This document shows, one piece after another, positions 48,619 to 59,527 of a stretch of 64,000 nucleotides of DNA. Where the stretch lies: assembly GCA_050952625.1 (NCBI GenBank), contig JBMNLH010000003.1, positions 64,001 through 128,000 on the forward strand. Direction: 5' to 3'. The notes beneath the pieces are model-generated. The model worked only from the letters and a program-made list of their open reading frames with translations, had not been told where the DNA came from and ran no database searches. Every line of letters begins with the position of its first letter. The first letter of the stretch is position 1. A program made the translations under genes and the position numbers. Source of the DNA: Bacillota bacterium. Lineage in GTDB: Bacteria; Bacillota; Ch66; Ch109.

Positions 48619-49161
48619 TTATTCAACTCCAAAAGCCTGTGCCCAGGTATCAATCATAGCGTGCAGTTTTTCATGTACTCCATGCCCTACGACATTCTCT
48701 TCATGCTGCTCGAAATATTCGAACAGAAGATTCTGTTCTTGCTCACCTATCACCTTATCCGCCATCATGAAAAGTACATTGTTTTCCTTCTCAATATGCT
48801 GACGCAACAGATTGCGGTATAGAACAGCGGCGTTATTGAATCCCTCAATACTTTTTTCATCAATACTGCGGCCCATCTGGGCGATGTATTCTCTGCCTTG
48901 AGCGTGTTCATGCAGCATTACACCAACGGGGCCACCTTCGCTAGGAATTCCTTTCTTAACAAGTTCCTTGAATAGAAAGTCCTCCTCCTTACCATGGTGA
49001 CATTTGTCTATGAATATTTTGAAAAAATAAACCACCTCATCGTAATATTGAAGTAGGGTTTCAGACCCGCTGTTATCGGACCGCATCATTTTGTCGAGTA
49101 TTTGCAGAACATAAAGGATGGCATCGTGTTCTTTTCGGAGATCTTGTGTTGCTTTTCCCAT
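48619..49161 (-). CDS. Hemerythrin-domain protein
   Basis: EH..I, HHGKEE..LF, EH..GR, HIEKENNVLF. Confidence 0.9.
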   Translation of the reverse strand: MGKATQDLRKEHDAILYVLQILDKMMRSDNSGSETLLQYYDEVVYFFKIFIDKCHHGKEEDFLFKELVKKGIPSEGGPVGVMLHEHAQGREYIAQMGRSIDEKSIEGFNNAAVLYRNLLRQHIEKENNVLFMMADKVIGEQEQNLLFEYFEQHEENVVGHGVHEKLHAMIDTWAQAFGVE

Positions 49162-49471
49162 TTTTAAGATCCTCCTTTTTATCTATTATCCAACGAATTT
49201 ACTACATTCTATCACACAGTACCAAGAAATGTAATGAACTGATACAATAAAAGCACACACCTTTGACAAAAATAGAGTCAAGGAGATGTTGCGAAAATGG
49301 GAAACAAATATTAGTTAATCCGGTTATTTATGAATTACATTACCAATCGAAAATCGGTGTATAACCCAAGCGTGCCGAGTAAATAATGATTTACTCTTAT
49401 CTTGATTTAAATCGGACTGTAAGAGAGAATTTTGCTTGAGTCAACTCGTAAAAGTTGGAGTTTAATATTTA

Positions 49472-50557
49472 ATGAATAAAACAATTATCTTCTATTTTAT
49501 GAGAACTTTAGCCGTTGCTGGAATAGGCGGTTTCCTTTTCAAGATATTATATATCCCTCTGCCTTGGATGTTGGGTCCGCTAACTAGCGTGATGCTCTGG
49601 AGTTTGCTAACCAAACAATCTATGTACTGGCCACTCTGGCTACGCAATGCCGGGTTAATTATTCTTGGTTATATGATGGGAATATCCTTTACGGCAGAAA
49701 CTGGCCAACAAATCCTGATCCACCTGCCCAGTATGTTTGTATCAACAACATTGATCATTCTTTTCAGCTTATTATTGGGTTATCTCGTTGGCCGCCGTAC
49801 CGGAATAAGCCGGTCAACCAGTCTTATTGGGAGCATCCCTGGAGGTTTATCGCAAATGGTCGTGCTGAGCGAAGAAATCCCTGGGTCAGATGTCACTGTC
49901 GTCACCTTTATGCAAACTATCCGCTTACTAACTGTCGTCTTTGTGATCCCCTTATTAGCAATTCACGCCTTAGCTGCTGGTCTAGAACAAAGCTTAATTA
50001 ATAATTCACTGAACGTAAACCCGCTGCCTCTGGTCGGTCCGGGCGGTTCAGTTCAAGACTGGTTAATCATTATCGCCGCTACCCTCGTCAGCACCTGGGT
50101 GGCTGTACGGTATAATTTCCCTACCCCTTATTTACTGGGGCCGCTGCTAGGGGCGGTTGGATTGGTTCTCGCTGGTAGACCCGGACCGTTAGTCCCCAAC
50201 AGCTTAATTCTCGCTGCTCAATTGTGTATCGGGACTTACATGGGATTGACCATGAATATAGCCAGCCTTAAAGCCTGGAAACAACTCCTGCCTTATACGC
50301 TGGCCGGGTCTATCGGGATTGTCCTTGTCTCTTTGATGGTGGGCTATTTTCTTACTTGTTTTTATCCAATAACGCTAGTCACTGCGTTTCTGAGTACCGC
50401 CCCCGGAGGAATGACTGAAATGGGAGTAACCGCCATGACCGTTAACGCCGATCTCTCGATTGTCACGGCTTATCAAATGTTTCGGGTATTGTTTATCCTA
50501 TTAGTGGTCCCCTGGGTGCTCAAGAGCTGGTTAATCGTTAAGAGTCCTCACAATTAA
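49472..50557 (+). CDS. AbrB-duplication (putative ammonia monooxygenase-like) membrane protein
   Basis: PLPWMLGP, PGGLSQMV, Q..RL, PGGMTEM, YQMFR. Confidence 0.88.
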   Translation: MNKTIIFYFMRTLAVAGIGGFLFKILYIPLPWMLGPLTSVMLWSLLTKQSMYWPLWLRNAGLIILGYMMGISFTAETGQQILIHLPSMFVSTTLIILFSLLLGYLVGRRTGISRSTSLIGSIPGGLSQMVVLSEEIPGSDVTVVTFMQTIRLLTVVFVIPLLAIHALAAGLEQSLINNSLNVNPLPLVGPGGSVQDWLIIIAATLVSTWVAVRYNFPTPYLLGPLLGAVGLVLAGRPGPLVPNSLILAAQLCIGTYMGLTMNIASLKAWKQLLPYTLAGSIGIVLVSLMVGYFLTCFYPITLVTAFLSTAPGGMTEMGVTAMTVNADLSIVTAYQMFRVLFILLVVPWVLKSWLIVKSPHN

Positions 50558-50651
50558 CTCTAAGGGCACTAAATTGCCGCTGTTAATTTGCTTTGTAGAT
50601 ACTATTTCCGCGATGCTGATAGGGTATCCGGGACTTATTACCGCGCAAAAA

Positions 50652-50768
50652 TCAATCAGTAATTTGTTTGGCGAGAGCCTGCTTAAAACGATAGCTTTCA
50701 ACATTGATGTTTAGGATATGGGCTTTGTGGTTGAACCTATCCAGCAATGCAGCTATCAATTGTGCGTC
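50652..50768 (-). pseudogene. istB: IS21-family IstB C-terminal remnant
   Basis: Hand translation DAQLIAALLDRFNHKAHILNINVESYRFKQALAKQITD*. Confidence 0.75.
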
Positions 50769-50811
50769 TAATAACTAAGCTTAACATTTTGTCATCAGTT
50801 GTGACCCTATT

Positions 50812-53800
50812 TTATTTATAATACCAGCCGGGTTTATGTCTTGTAGCCCTACCCCCTTTTGGGGTGAAATTGAATTTGTAACCGTGTTTTGCAAGCTCTT
50901 CCATACTAGAAGCCAGTTCCTTTCCACCAATCACCCAGAGAGCCCCTCCTTTATTCCGCTTGTCAACAAATGAAAAGCCTTTTCCCTGAAGCAACTGGGT
51001 AACAGAAACCTTTCCATTTGGATCAGTGTCAATAGACTGTATTGGATCTGAAAAAAGTCTCAATCCTATATATTGTTTATTTGGCACACTCCCTGCTAGT
51101 CTTTGTGATGTTAACATTTGTATCGTTGGAGCACTCTTAATCTCAGGGTTTTCGCTTTGTACAAGAACCTCTTTTTTTATTTTTAGAGGATCAGACGTTT
51201 TGTTTCGCCTGTTCCACCTTTTTGTTTGGAGCGATTCAAAAGAAACGATCTCCTCTCCATCACCCTTTTCCCACATTGCCCTGAGTTTCGCAGCATTTCG
51301 TTTGACTCTTTCCAATAAATCATTTCCCTGAGCAACTGGTATATAAAGGGTTGAATCAAGCGTTGGCGTAATGCCCATGCTTTTGATTTGTTCAAAGACT
51401 GGCTGCATAGCTTGTTCAGGATTGCGGTAAAATTGCGTTCCACGAATTCTAACAAAGTTCCAGCCTAGCCGTTCCAGAATTGCTTGACGGTTCAGATCGT
51501 CTTGGAGGTTGTCCAAAGTGTGCCACTTGTCTCCATCACATTCGACAGCCAACCTTTTTCCGTTACCCTCGATCACCATATCTATTCTATATGAACCGAC
51601 TTTCCATTGAGGTATAACTTTATAACCAGCGTCAATGAGAATGCCAGCCACCTTCTTTTCAAAATCTGATTCAGTACGTTCGAAAACTTTTTCACGTTCA
51701 CGCGCAAAAGCATTGGGATCTTTAGCGTGCTGAATAAGCTGAAGACGCAGATCCCCATCCTGCAAATCCGTTTCTGGATTGAGAGAATAAACCACCCACA
51801 GTTGATCACGAGCTCGGCTGGCTGCAACATTGTAACGCTTTTTAAATACCCCAAGTCGACCTTCTCTCCTAATAGGTAGAGGTCCTTCTTTTTCATTGGT
51901 ATCAATCATGGATAGGAATATTACATCTCTTTCATCACCCTGAAAATGAGCGGAACTACCGCATTGTATCTTCCTGCTGGCATATACTGTTGGTTCAAGG
52001 TATCTTCGAAGCAACCTATCAATATATAAGGCTTGTTCTTCACCTACGAGTGAAATGACACCGAAGGTAGCGTTTTCATACTCTGGTTCCTGAATACAAG
52101 CTGCAATCAAAGAGGCAATTATTATAGCTTCCTCCTTATTTACTTTACCGTTTGAACTAGCCTCTTCTACCCTATAGTCAATAACGTGGGGCTTAATCCT
52201 AATGCTGCTTGTATCACGCAATGGCCTGATTTTCCAATCATAACTCAGTCGATTGCTGAAGTTAATGATTTCTGGAACACATCTAAAATGCTCTCGGAGG
52301 CATACCGGTTGAAGGATCGTCATGGCCAAATCATATATAGAAAAATTACTATCATACAGTACTTTATTGGGAATACCCTGAAGCATTGTGTCGATAAGGG
52401 ATTGTACTTCCTGAAGTTTATCGCCAACCCCGAGCGGGCTGACCTGTTCGTCATCCCCAACAATAACGATTTGTTTACCCATATATACGGCTATTAAAGA
52501 CATCAAATCTGCCTGGCTGGCTTCATCGATTATAACTACATCAAACTTATTAGTACAAGGATTAAAGTTATCAACAAGCCTGGCTAACGGCATTATCCAA
52601 ACGGGAACTGCAGACTGACAGTCCGGCATAAGCTTTCTAGCTTCAGCTTTCAATTTGGGTACACGGACACCAGTTCCCCTCCCAATTCTTTGAATAATCA
52701 TTTTCCAACCCTGGAGTGCAAGACGTTGCTTATCATCGATCCTTCTTATTTGTGAAGCCCAAGAACGCTTTTCGATAAGTTTGCCTGTAATAAATCTTAG
52801 CTGATCGCTCGTTACTTCTATTTTATTTTGAATGTCGGCTACATTTAGGGCTGCCCTTCTATCTAATTCGTCGTTTAACTGACGCCAGATCCATGCGTCA
52901 TGGACTTTTCCAGGAGGGGTGTCACTACCATGAACATCTCGTTTTGCTCTGATAAAATCTGCCCAGGTTGGAGCAACGCGACTCACCTTATCCAGGAGTT
53001 CATTTCGTTTACGGTAGTTGACTGCTTGTTCCGTCAAATGGCGAAGGTAGGCGTAGGTTTTGGTATAGGCTAATACGTCTTCTTTTATTACCGCCTCCAG
53101 CAAGTCATTGCTGAGCCTATCTGAGATAGACAAGTCTCTTAACCTGTTTTCAAGATCTGCCAATTGTGATATAACCTGCTCATAATCCAGACAATTAACT
53201 TTTGCTTCTATAATAGGCGGTAATATTTCAGTTACAGCCAATATGTATTGTTCAAGCTGATCACTGGCAGTGCAGACCTGGCTTAAAGCCTTGTCCCAGC
53301 AAAGTCCACAATCTATCAGGGATTGAAGCACCGGGAGGAACTGATTGGAATACCAGCCCAGGGCATTTTCGATCAGGGTGCTGTATCTGAGACAAGTAAC
53401 TTCTGGGGTCATGTCATCAGGTTCAATAATCGGACCATTAATTTCAGAAACCTGACGTTCCCACCTCAAAATTAGCTTATAGCGCATCAACTGTATATCC
53501 GCCGCAGCTTTTAATGCATCAAAATGCTTAGGGATTGAGGGTTTAAAACCGTTTACTGAGCAATTGCTAAGGATTGATTTCCATTTAGGTTTGAGGAGTA
53601 GCTTAAAGTAGCCTAATTTGCTCTTTGTGCTTACATAATGATGGATTTCATCTATAATTATTTGGACTTCTTCGGGCGATTTGTCTAAAGGAAGCCGAGG
53701 TCCATATTCAGTTAATAGTTCGTTATGTTTCAAACTCAAATTATAGGTGTCCTCAATTAACTGCCGCAGGCTGTACCAGGTTTCTTTCTGTGACTCAGTA

Positions 53801-55740
53801 ATTCCTTGGACCGTAATAGCACGGAGCCAATCAGGTTTACCAGCAATGCTCTGCACAGCCTCAATCAAAGTTTTAAAAGAATTTCTAATTTGGTCCGAGC
53901 TAACGTTTGAGGACAACCAAAAGGATTTTCCATGCTTTAGATCCATTGATTCGTATTTCGCCTTAAGTTGAAGTAAGTTGCTGAATGCTTCGGGATCTAT
54001 CAGATTATCGAGCGAAGGCAGATTTCGTGATAAATAATCTTCATCATCAACTGTGATAGAGGCGTTTAACCGGTAAAGTTCACTGCATTCATAATCGGAA
54101 ATCGGACAAGGTTCATCTTTGCTGATTGGAGATGGAATCCAGCCGTCCTTTGCTGCTCCAGACGCCACAATTTTCGCTGCATCAATAGGTTTATACTCCC
54201 TACCGTCCAAGACGATAGGTGTATACTCACTTAACCGAGCTATCTTAAGGTCGTTCCTGAACTGCCGTAGGTTTTTCAATAATCTTAGCCGCTGATCATG
54301 GAGTCGATTTGCTTCCTCATCTAAAAGATCAGCATTCAAATCAGCTAGCCTTTCAGTAATTTCGTTGACTGAGCTCTCAAGCTCCTTACGGTTGTCATCC
54401 GAAAGAATACTTACACAGAGCGGTTGGAGCGGTTTAACAACTTTGTCACGAAGCACCCGTAAAGCTTTGGCTGTGTGACTGGTAATAAGAACACTTTTAC
54501 CTTGGGCTAAAAAGTGTCCGACTAGGTTTGCAATTGTATGAGTTTTGCCGGTCCCAGGCGGACCTTGTACCAGAACGGACCCATGTTTTTGAATGTATTT
54601 AACTATCTGAAGCTGTTCAGCATTTGCTTCTTTACTGAATAAGACATCTTCATCTTCACCATTTGGATCTAATATCATAGAACCATGATCTTCTGAGATA
54701 ACTGGATCCATTTCTAAACCAAGTACTCTCGGTAAGAAACTGGGAAGGTCTTTAAAATCTGTATTTGGCAATTCATCCAGGATAGATTCGATTGCGACTC
54801 CGAAGCCTAAACTACGTCTTCTTAAATATATTACCGGTGATTTTCCGATACGCGGGACATCTTTTTCTCCCATGGGCGGTTTATCACCTTCAATAAACTC
54901 ACCTTTAGGTGCAATCTGCGGAGCTAATGAACGAAAAAAATCAGTTGTTTTCTCTTCTTCCAAAGGGTGGATTGAACCACTATTAACGAGTTCAAGAGAA
55001 TCCGAAACCGTTTTTGAATTTATATTCGGTAAGGTTCGAAGAAGAGCAGAATACAACTCTGGGCTTTTATCACTTTCAACGAACTTGAATTCAGGTATTA
55101 TAGGATCGAAGATAAGGTCTATTCGTTGCAGAAGTAAGGGGTGGTTGACGATTATACCGTTTGGGAGCGGCCAATTGAGTATACCATCTCCAAGCACTAA
55201 TTCAACCTGCTCAGATTCCCTCTGAATCCGGGAATAAAGTTCGTAGACGTTTTCGAAAATGCCTTGTACCTGATTAATCAGCTTCTGTTGCTCTGCCCAT
55301 TCGTTTCGTACTATTAACCATTCGTCAAACAATTCTCGGAGATCATTATTATCACTTAGATCTATGGAAATCTCATTTCCTTCATCGTCTAATCCGGTTA
55401 TTGGATGAACAGTTACAGGTCGATTGCAGTTGTCCCACCCAGCGTCTAAGTATGGACTGATTTGTTCAGGGGGCATAGGTATAGGCAAATTCCGGGGGCG
55501 CGTAATCTTAAGTATGTATTCTTTGCCGGTTGTAGTTGTATCATCGTCGACAATATCTCCATCATCGCTCGCGACATATTTGGAAGCAATATCAATGCAA
55601 TCGTGGTCAGGCAAATTTACAAACCACAGATTCCAAAGCTGCCTCTGGACATCCTTTTCTACGGGATTCTTTATTTGATCCAGAGCCTGCAGAAATCGAA
55701 ATACTTGATTCAATTTACTTCGAATATTATCAGTATTCAT
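50812..55740 (-). CDS. SF1 (DNA2/Upf1-like) helicase fused to a Vsr/DUF559-type nuclease; putative defence protein
   Basis: VQGPPGTGKT, IIDEASQ, VGDDEQ, LREHFRC, FQGDERD, NVAASRAR; nuclease ESDFE...YRIDMV...AVECDGDKWH...RQAILERLGW. Confidence 0.9.
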   Translation of the reverse strand: MNTDNIRSKLNQVFRFLQALDQIKNPVEKDVQRQLWNLWFVNLPDHDCIDIASKYVASDDGDIVDDDTTTTGKEYILKITRPRNLPIPMPPEQISPYLDAGWDNCNRPVTVHPITGLDDEGNEISIDLSDNNDLRELFDEWLIVRNEWAEQQKLINQVQGIFENVYELYSRIQRESEQVELVLGDGILNWPLPNGIIVNHPLLLQRIDLIFDPIIPEFKFVESDKSPELYSALLRTLPNINSKTVSDSLELVNSGSIHPLEEEKTTDFFRSLAPQIAPKGEFIEGDKPPMGEKDVPRIGKSPVIYLRRRSLGFGVAIESILDELPNTDFKDLPSFLPRVLGLEMDPVISEDHGSMILDPNGEDEDVLFSKEANAEQLQIVKYIQKHGSVLVQGPPGTGKTHTIANLVGHFLAQGKSVLITSHTAKALRVLRDKVVKPLQPLCVSILSDDNRKELESSVNEITERLADLNADLLDEEANRLHDQRLRLLKNLRQFRNDLKIARLSEYTPIVLDGREYKPIDAAKIVASGAAKDGWIPSPISKDEPCPISDYECSELYRLNASITVDDEDYLSRNLPSLDNLIDPEAFSNLLQLKAKYESMDLKHGKSFWLSSNVSSDQIRNSFKTLIEAVQSIAGKPDWLRAITVQGITESQKETWYSLRQLIEDTYNLSLKHNELLTEYGPRLPLDKSPEEVQIIIDEIHHYVSTKSKLGYFKLLLKPKWKSILSNCSVNGFKPSIPKHFDALKAAADIQLMRYKLILRWERQVSEINGPIIEPDDMTPEVTCLRYSTLIENALGWYSNQFLPVLQSLIDCGLCWDKALSQVCTASDQLEQYILAVTEILPPIIEAKVNCLDYEQVISQLADLENRLRDLSISDRLSNDLLEAVIKEDVLAYTKTYAYLRHLTEQAVNYRKRNELLDKVSRVAPTWADFIRAKRDVHGSDTPPGKVHDAWIWRQLNDELDRRAALNVADIQNKIEVTSDQLRFITGKLIEKRSWASQIRRIDDKQRLALQGWKMIIQRIGRGTGVRVPKLKAEARKLMPDCQSAVPVWIMPLARLVDNFNPCTNKFDVVIIDEASQADLMSLIAVYMGKQIVIVGDDEQVSPLGVGDKLQEVQSLIDTMLQGIPNKVLYDSNFSIYDLAMTILQPVCLREHFRCVPEIINFSNRLSYDWKIRPLRDTSSIRIKPHVIDYRVEEASSNGKVNKEEAIIIASLIAACIQEPEYENATFGVISLVGEEQALYIDRLLRRYLEPTVYASRKIQCGSSAHFQGDERDVIFLSMIDTNEKEGPLPIRREGRLGVFKKRYNVAASRARDQLWVVYSLNPETDLQDGDLRLQLIQHAKDPNAFAREREKVFERTESDFEKKVAGILIDAGYKVIPQWKVGSYRIDMVIEGNGKRLAVECDGDKWHTLDNLQDDLNRQAILERLGWNFVRIRGTQFYRNPEQAMQPVFEQIKSMGITPTLDSTLYIPVAQGNDLLERVKRNAAKLRAMWEKGDGEEIVSFESLQTKRWNRRNKTSDPLKIKKEVLVQSENPEIKSAPTIQMLTSQRLAGSVPNKQYIGLRLFSDPIQSIDTDPNGKVSVTQLLQGKGFSFVDKRNKGGALWVIGGKELASSMEELAKHGYKFNFTPKGGRATRHKPGWYYK

Positions 55741-57448
55741 ATTGTATAATCACCCAACCTTAAAAACAGGAGTAATATTTACACCTTTCGTCCTCCCTGT
55801 ACATCGCTTCTGTTTTATCAATTGTACAGGGGCCTGATTTGAGTGGCTCATTTATTCGTGATCACTAAGGATCTTTTTGGCTCACTATTAGGGTTCTTTC
55901 CAATCTTTGTTGAATCTGGTGCAGGTTAAGGTATAATGGAATAGTCTGAGATATTTAAAAAGAGGCTATTCTATGAATGAATTTATTAAGTTATTAGATG
56001 AGAATTTAGAGTACCTCAGCCATGAGATAATTGACGGATACGATTTTTATTAGAGTTCAGTCAATTAGAAAACAAGTTATCTGTCCTTTTTGTGGGCAAC
56101 CTTCGTCAAAAACACATTCCCGTTACGACAAAAGCTTTCAAGATTTACCCATGCAGAATAAGAAAGTAATTATAATTCTCAGCAACCGAAAAATGTTTTG
56201 TCTTAATCCAGATTGTAACCATACAACTTTTGCCGAAACTTTCGACTTCTTACCAGCCAAGGCTAAGAAGACAAAGCGACTGGAAGATAAGATAATAAAT
56301 ATAGCTATGAACGTAAGCTCCCTTACAGCATCTGCTATATTAAAGACAAATGTTGCAAAAGTAGGAAAAAGTACTATTTGTAATCTCTTAAAAAAAAGGC
56401 ACACCGATAATTGATAAGACATTAGTTTCCGTGGTCTGTATAGATGAATTTGCAATTAAGAAAAGGGAATCCTATGGAACAATCATGGTTGATATTAATA
56501 CCCATCGTGTGATTGATTTAATCCCATCAAGAGAATGTGCTGACGTGGTAGAATGGCTAAAAACCTACCCGAATCTTAAAATAATTTCCAGAGATGGGTC
56601 TATTACGTATCATAATGCGATAACAACAGCACATCCGGATGCAGTACAGGTAAGTGACAGATTCCATCTATTAAAAAATTTAACTTCATATTGTAAAGAC
56701 TTCCTTATGAAATGCTTTAAACCTAAAGTAATTATTGAGATTCCTAAAAAAACTGGGGCCGATACGGTTGAAACACAAGATCCCTCTGTCCAAAACAAAA
56801 AACTAACGCTAGCAGAAAAGTCAAATCGAGCACTAGTAATGCTGGCAGAAGGTATCAGCAAAACACAGATTTGCAGGCAGTTGAATATGGATATTCGGAC
56901 ACTAGATAAATTGATGGGAATGAGCGACGAAGAACGAAATCTGTATGTAAAAAGCAGTATGGAACTCTCTCATGGACAAAAAGTGTTAAAGAAACAAGAA
57001 TTAATAAATACCGTAAGGGATATGCATGAGAGAAAATGTTCTATAAGATCAATTGCCAAAGAGTTACAATTATCTAGACAGACAGTTGCAAAATATTTAG
57101 ATAAAGGCTTAACAGCCGTCCATGGAAGCTATGGCGTTAAGAAAAAGAGCATCTTAGATCCATACCTAGATGAAATAAATGGGTTAATTGATAAAGGCGT
57201 TTCCTCGTCTGTAATTGAAGCAGAAATCCGTCAAAAAGGTTATACCGGTTCTTCCTCTACAGTTAGGCATTATATAACGCGCTTGAAAAAACTGATTCAA
57301 AATACATACAATACCACTGAAATTAAGCCAGAAAACACCAGATTACTGGAACGCAAACTGTTAATTAAACTATTATTCAAACCAGTGGAGAAAATCAAAG
57401 GACTGAGCAAGGAATGCTTAGATATAGTGAATAATCAATACCCCCGGT

Positions 57449-59055
57449 CACTAGTGTTGCATTAAATTTTTTAACAAAGCACTAAGTAGTTCATTATCAT
57501 AAATGCTTAATAAATATACATGTTAATTACCATAATATAACTGGTCCTATAAGAAAAAACTCCTTATAATAGAGATGTACAGGTAGTCCTGTCCATAATC
57601 TCTAAGATAAGGAGATCCCACTTATGGACAAGGATACCAAAAAATCTGCATTTCGTGAATGCCTTGAGCCTATATTTGTATCTAGTTTTCAAAAGCTACT
57701 TAAAACCTGGGACATTGACAAGTACGTCAAAAAGCTGTTCGCTAATAACTTTATCCTTTTAATGCTTTACGCCCAGATTGATTGCCTTGACAGTTTGCGC
57801 CATACGAGTCAGATATTGAAGGATAGTGAAAAACTTCAGGAACTTATTGGAATAACTTCTATAAGTGCATCACAGCTATCCAGAAAACTCAGAGAAATGT
57901 CAACCGAAGTTCTTGAAAAATTGTTTACTGAACTCGTAAAGGAGCTAGAAGCAACAATTGGTCATAAAGCAATGAGTCATCGTCTTAAAAGGATTTTCTT
58001 GGTGGATGCCTCGGTGATTAGCATTTGTCTCTCCAATCACCTTTGGGCAACCTACCGGAAAACTAAGGCCGGAGTCAAGCTTCACCTAAAACTAGCCTTT
58101 TATCCTGAAGTCGGGGTTTATCCTTATACGGCAATTATCACAACCGCTAAAGGTAACGACCGGACTCAAATGGATAACTTGGTCGTTGAAGAATCTGGAG
58201 ATGCGCTTTACGTTTTTGACCGAGGTTACATTGATTACGAGAAGTTCGACAGCTATTGTGACAATAACAACCAGATCCGGTTTGTCAGCCGTTTAAAATC
58301 AAATGCGGTCAAGGAGTTAATCCTAGAGCAAAAGATCCTGGTTGATAATGAATGGGCACTGGAGCGAATTGTTCGTCTAGGCACACCGGGAGTTAACCAA
58401 ATGAAACATCCTCTACGGTTAATTGAAACCCGGGATACTCAAGGAAATGCCGTCACGATTGTAACCAATGACTTTGAACTAACTGCTCAAGAAATCAGTG
58501 ATATTTATCGGAACCGGTGGGCAATTGAACTATTTTTTAAATGGGTGAAGCAACATCTCAAGGTCAAAAAGTTTTATGGTAATAGCGAGAATGCCGTAAA
58601 GAATCAGATTTGGCTAGCCCTCATATCCTTTTGTTTGATGACATTACTCCAATCAAAGGTAAAGTTCTCGGGAGAGCTCTTGAGTCTTCAACGTCTTCTA
58701 CAATCTTGTGGATATGATTCTTTAGAACTTTTCCTCGACAAGTTGTTTAGGCCACCAGCTCGTAAATCTAATGGTGGAAGGCGAAAGAATACATGGGAAC
58801 AGGAATTCTGGCGGCTTAACGAAGAAACATTGCTTTATGGGACTAGTATTCTAGATGAAATGATCCTGGATCTTATTTAACAAAATTAGGCAACGAAATG
58901 TGGCACAGGACTATCTTTAATTGATCACTTGCTTTTTAACATTTACGGGAAAAACTCCTGTTCAGAATATTCAATCTTCGTCTATTTAGCCCTATATATA
59001 AGCCAGTGTAAAATGCACTTAGAAGAAATGGGTTAAATTTTATGCATCACTAATG
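57449..59055 (+). mobile_element. IS4-family element, copy 1 (1607 bp), nested in ISL3
   Basis: TIR CACTAGTGTTGCAT / ATGCATCACTAATG; 9-bp TSD ACCCCCGGT. Confidence 0.95.
57624..58880 (+). CDS. IS4-family DDE transposase
   Basis: LVDAS, GVKLH, FDRGY, YRNRWAIELFFKWVKQHL. Confidence 0.95.
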   Translation: MDKDTKKSAFRECLEPIFVSSFQKLLKTWDIDKYVKKLFANNFILLMLYAQIDCLDSLRHTSQILKDSEKLQELIGITSISASQLSRKLREMSTEVLEKLFTELVKELEATIGHKAMSHRLKRIFLVDASVISICLSNHLWATYRKTKAGVKLHLKLAFYPEVGVYPYTAIITTAKGNDRTQMDNLVVEESGDALYVFDRGYIDYEKFDSYCDNNNQIRFVSRLKSNAVKELILEQKILVDNEWALERIVRLGTPGVNQMKHPLRLIETRDTQGNAVTIVTNDFELTAQEISDIYRNRWAIELFFKWVKQHLKVKKFYGNSENAVKNQIWLALISFCLMTLLQSKVKFSGELLSLQRLLQSCGYDSLELFLDKLFRPPARKSNGGRRKNTWEQEFWRLNEETLLYGTSILDEMILDLI

Positions 59056-59527
59056 ACCCCCGGTATAAAGAGATCATAGATATAGTTCAAGAATTCAAGA
59101 GAATATTGAAGGATAAAAATGTTAATAAGATTGAACAGTGGCTACATAGGGCAGCCAGCTTAAATATCCGTGAAATAAACTCATTTATAAACGGTATTAC
59201 TAGAGATATTATTGCTGTAAAAAATGCCATTAAATACGAATACAACAACGGACTTGCTGAAGGTTGTGTAAATAAACTTAAAGTTGTGAAAAGGATTATG
59301 TATGGCCGTAATAGTTTTGAAATGTTAAGAAAGAAGTTGTTATGGCTCGAAAGAAGATGCCAGTTCAACTAACGTTGGAAAGAACCACTATTAGATTATC
59401 ATTCACATTTCTTATTAAACGGTATTAAATAGATTTGGAAATATTTTATTGTCGACAAAATCGATCGGATTATAATTATCCATTTGTGAATATTTTATGG
59501 TTAATAGATTAAATTCTTAGTCATTTT

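Larger units (their letters stand above)
55973..59372 (+). pseudogene. ISL3 transposase, broken by frame changes (~56035 and A8 run 56390-56397) and an IS4 insertion
   Basis: CPFC zinc finger, IDEFA, SRDGS, DRFH, NGLAEG.VNKLK..KR.MYGR. Confidence 0.9.
55892..59386 (+). mobile_element. ISL3-family element interrupted by IS4
   Basis: TIR GGTTCTTTCCAA / TTGGAAAGAACC; 8-bp TSD ACTATTAG at 55884-55891 and 59387-59394. Confidence 0.93.
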
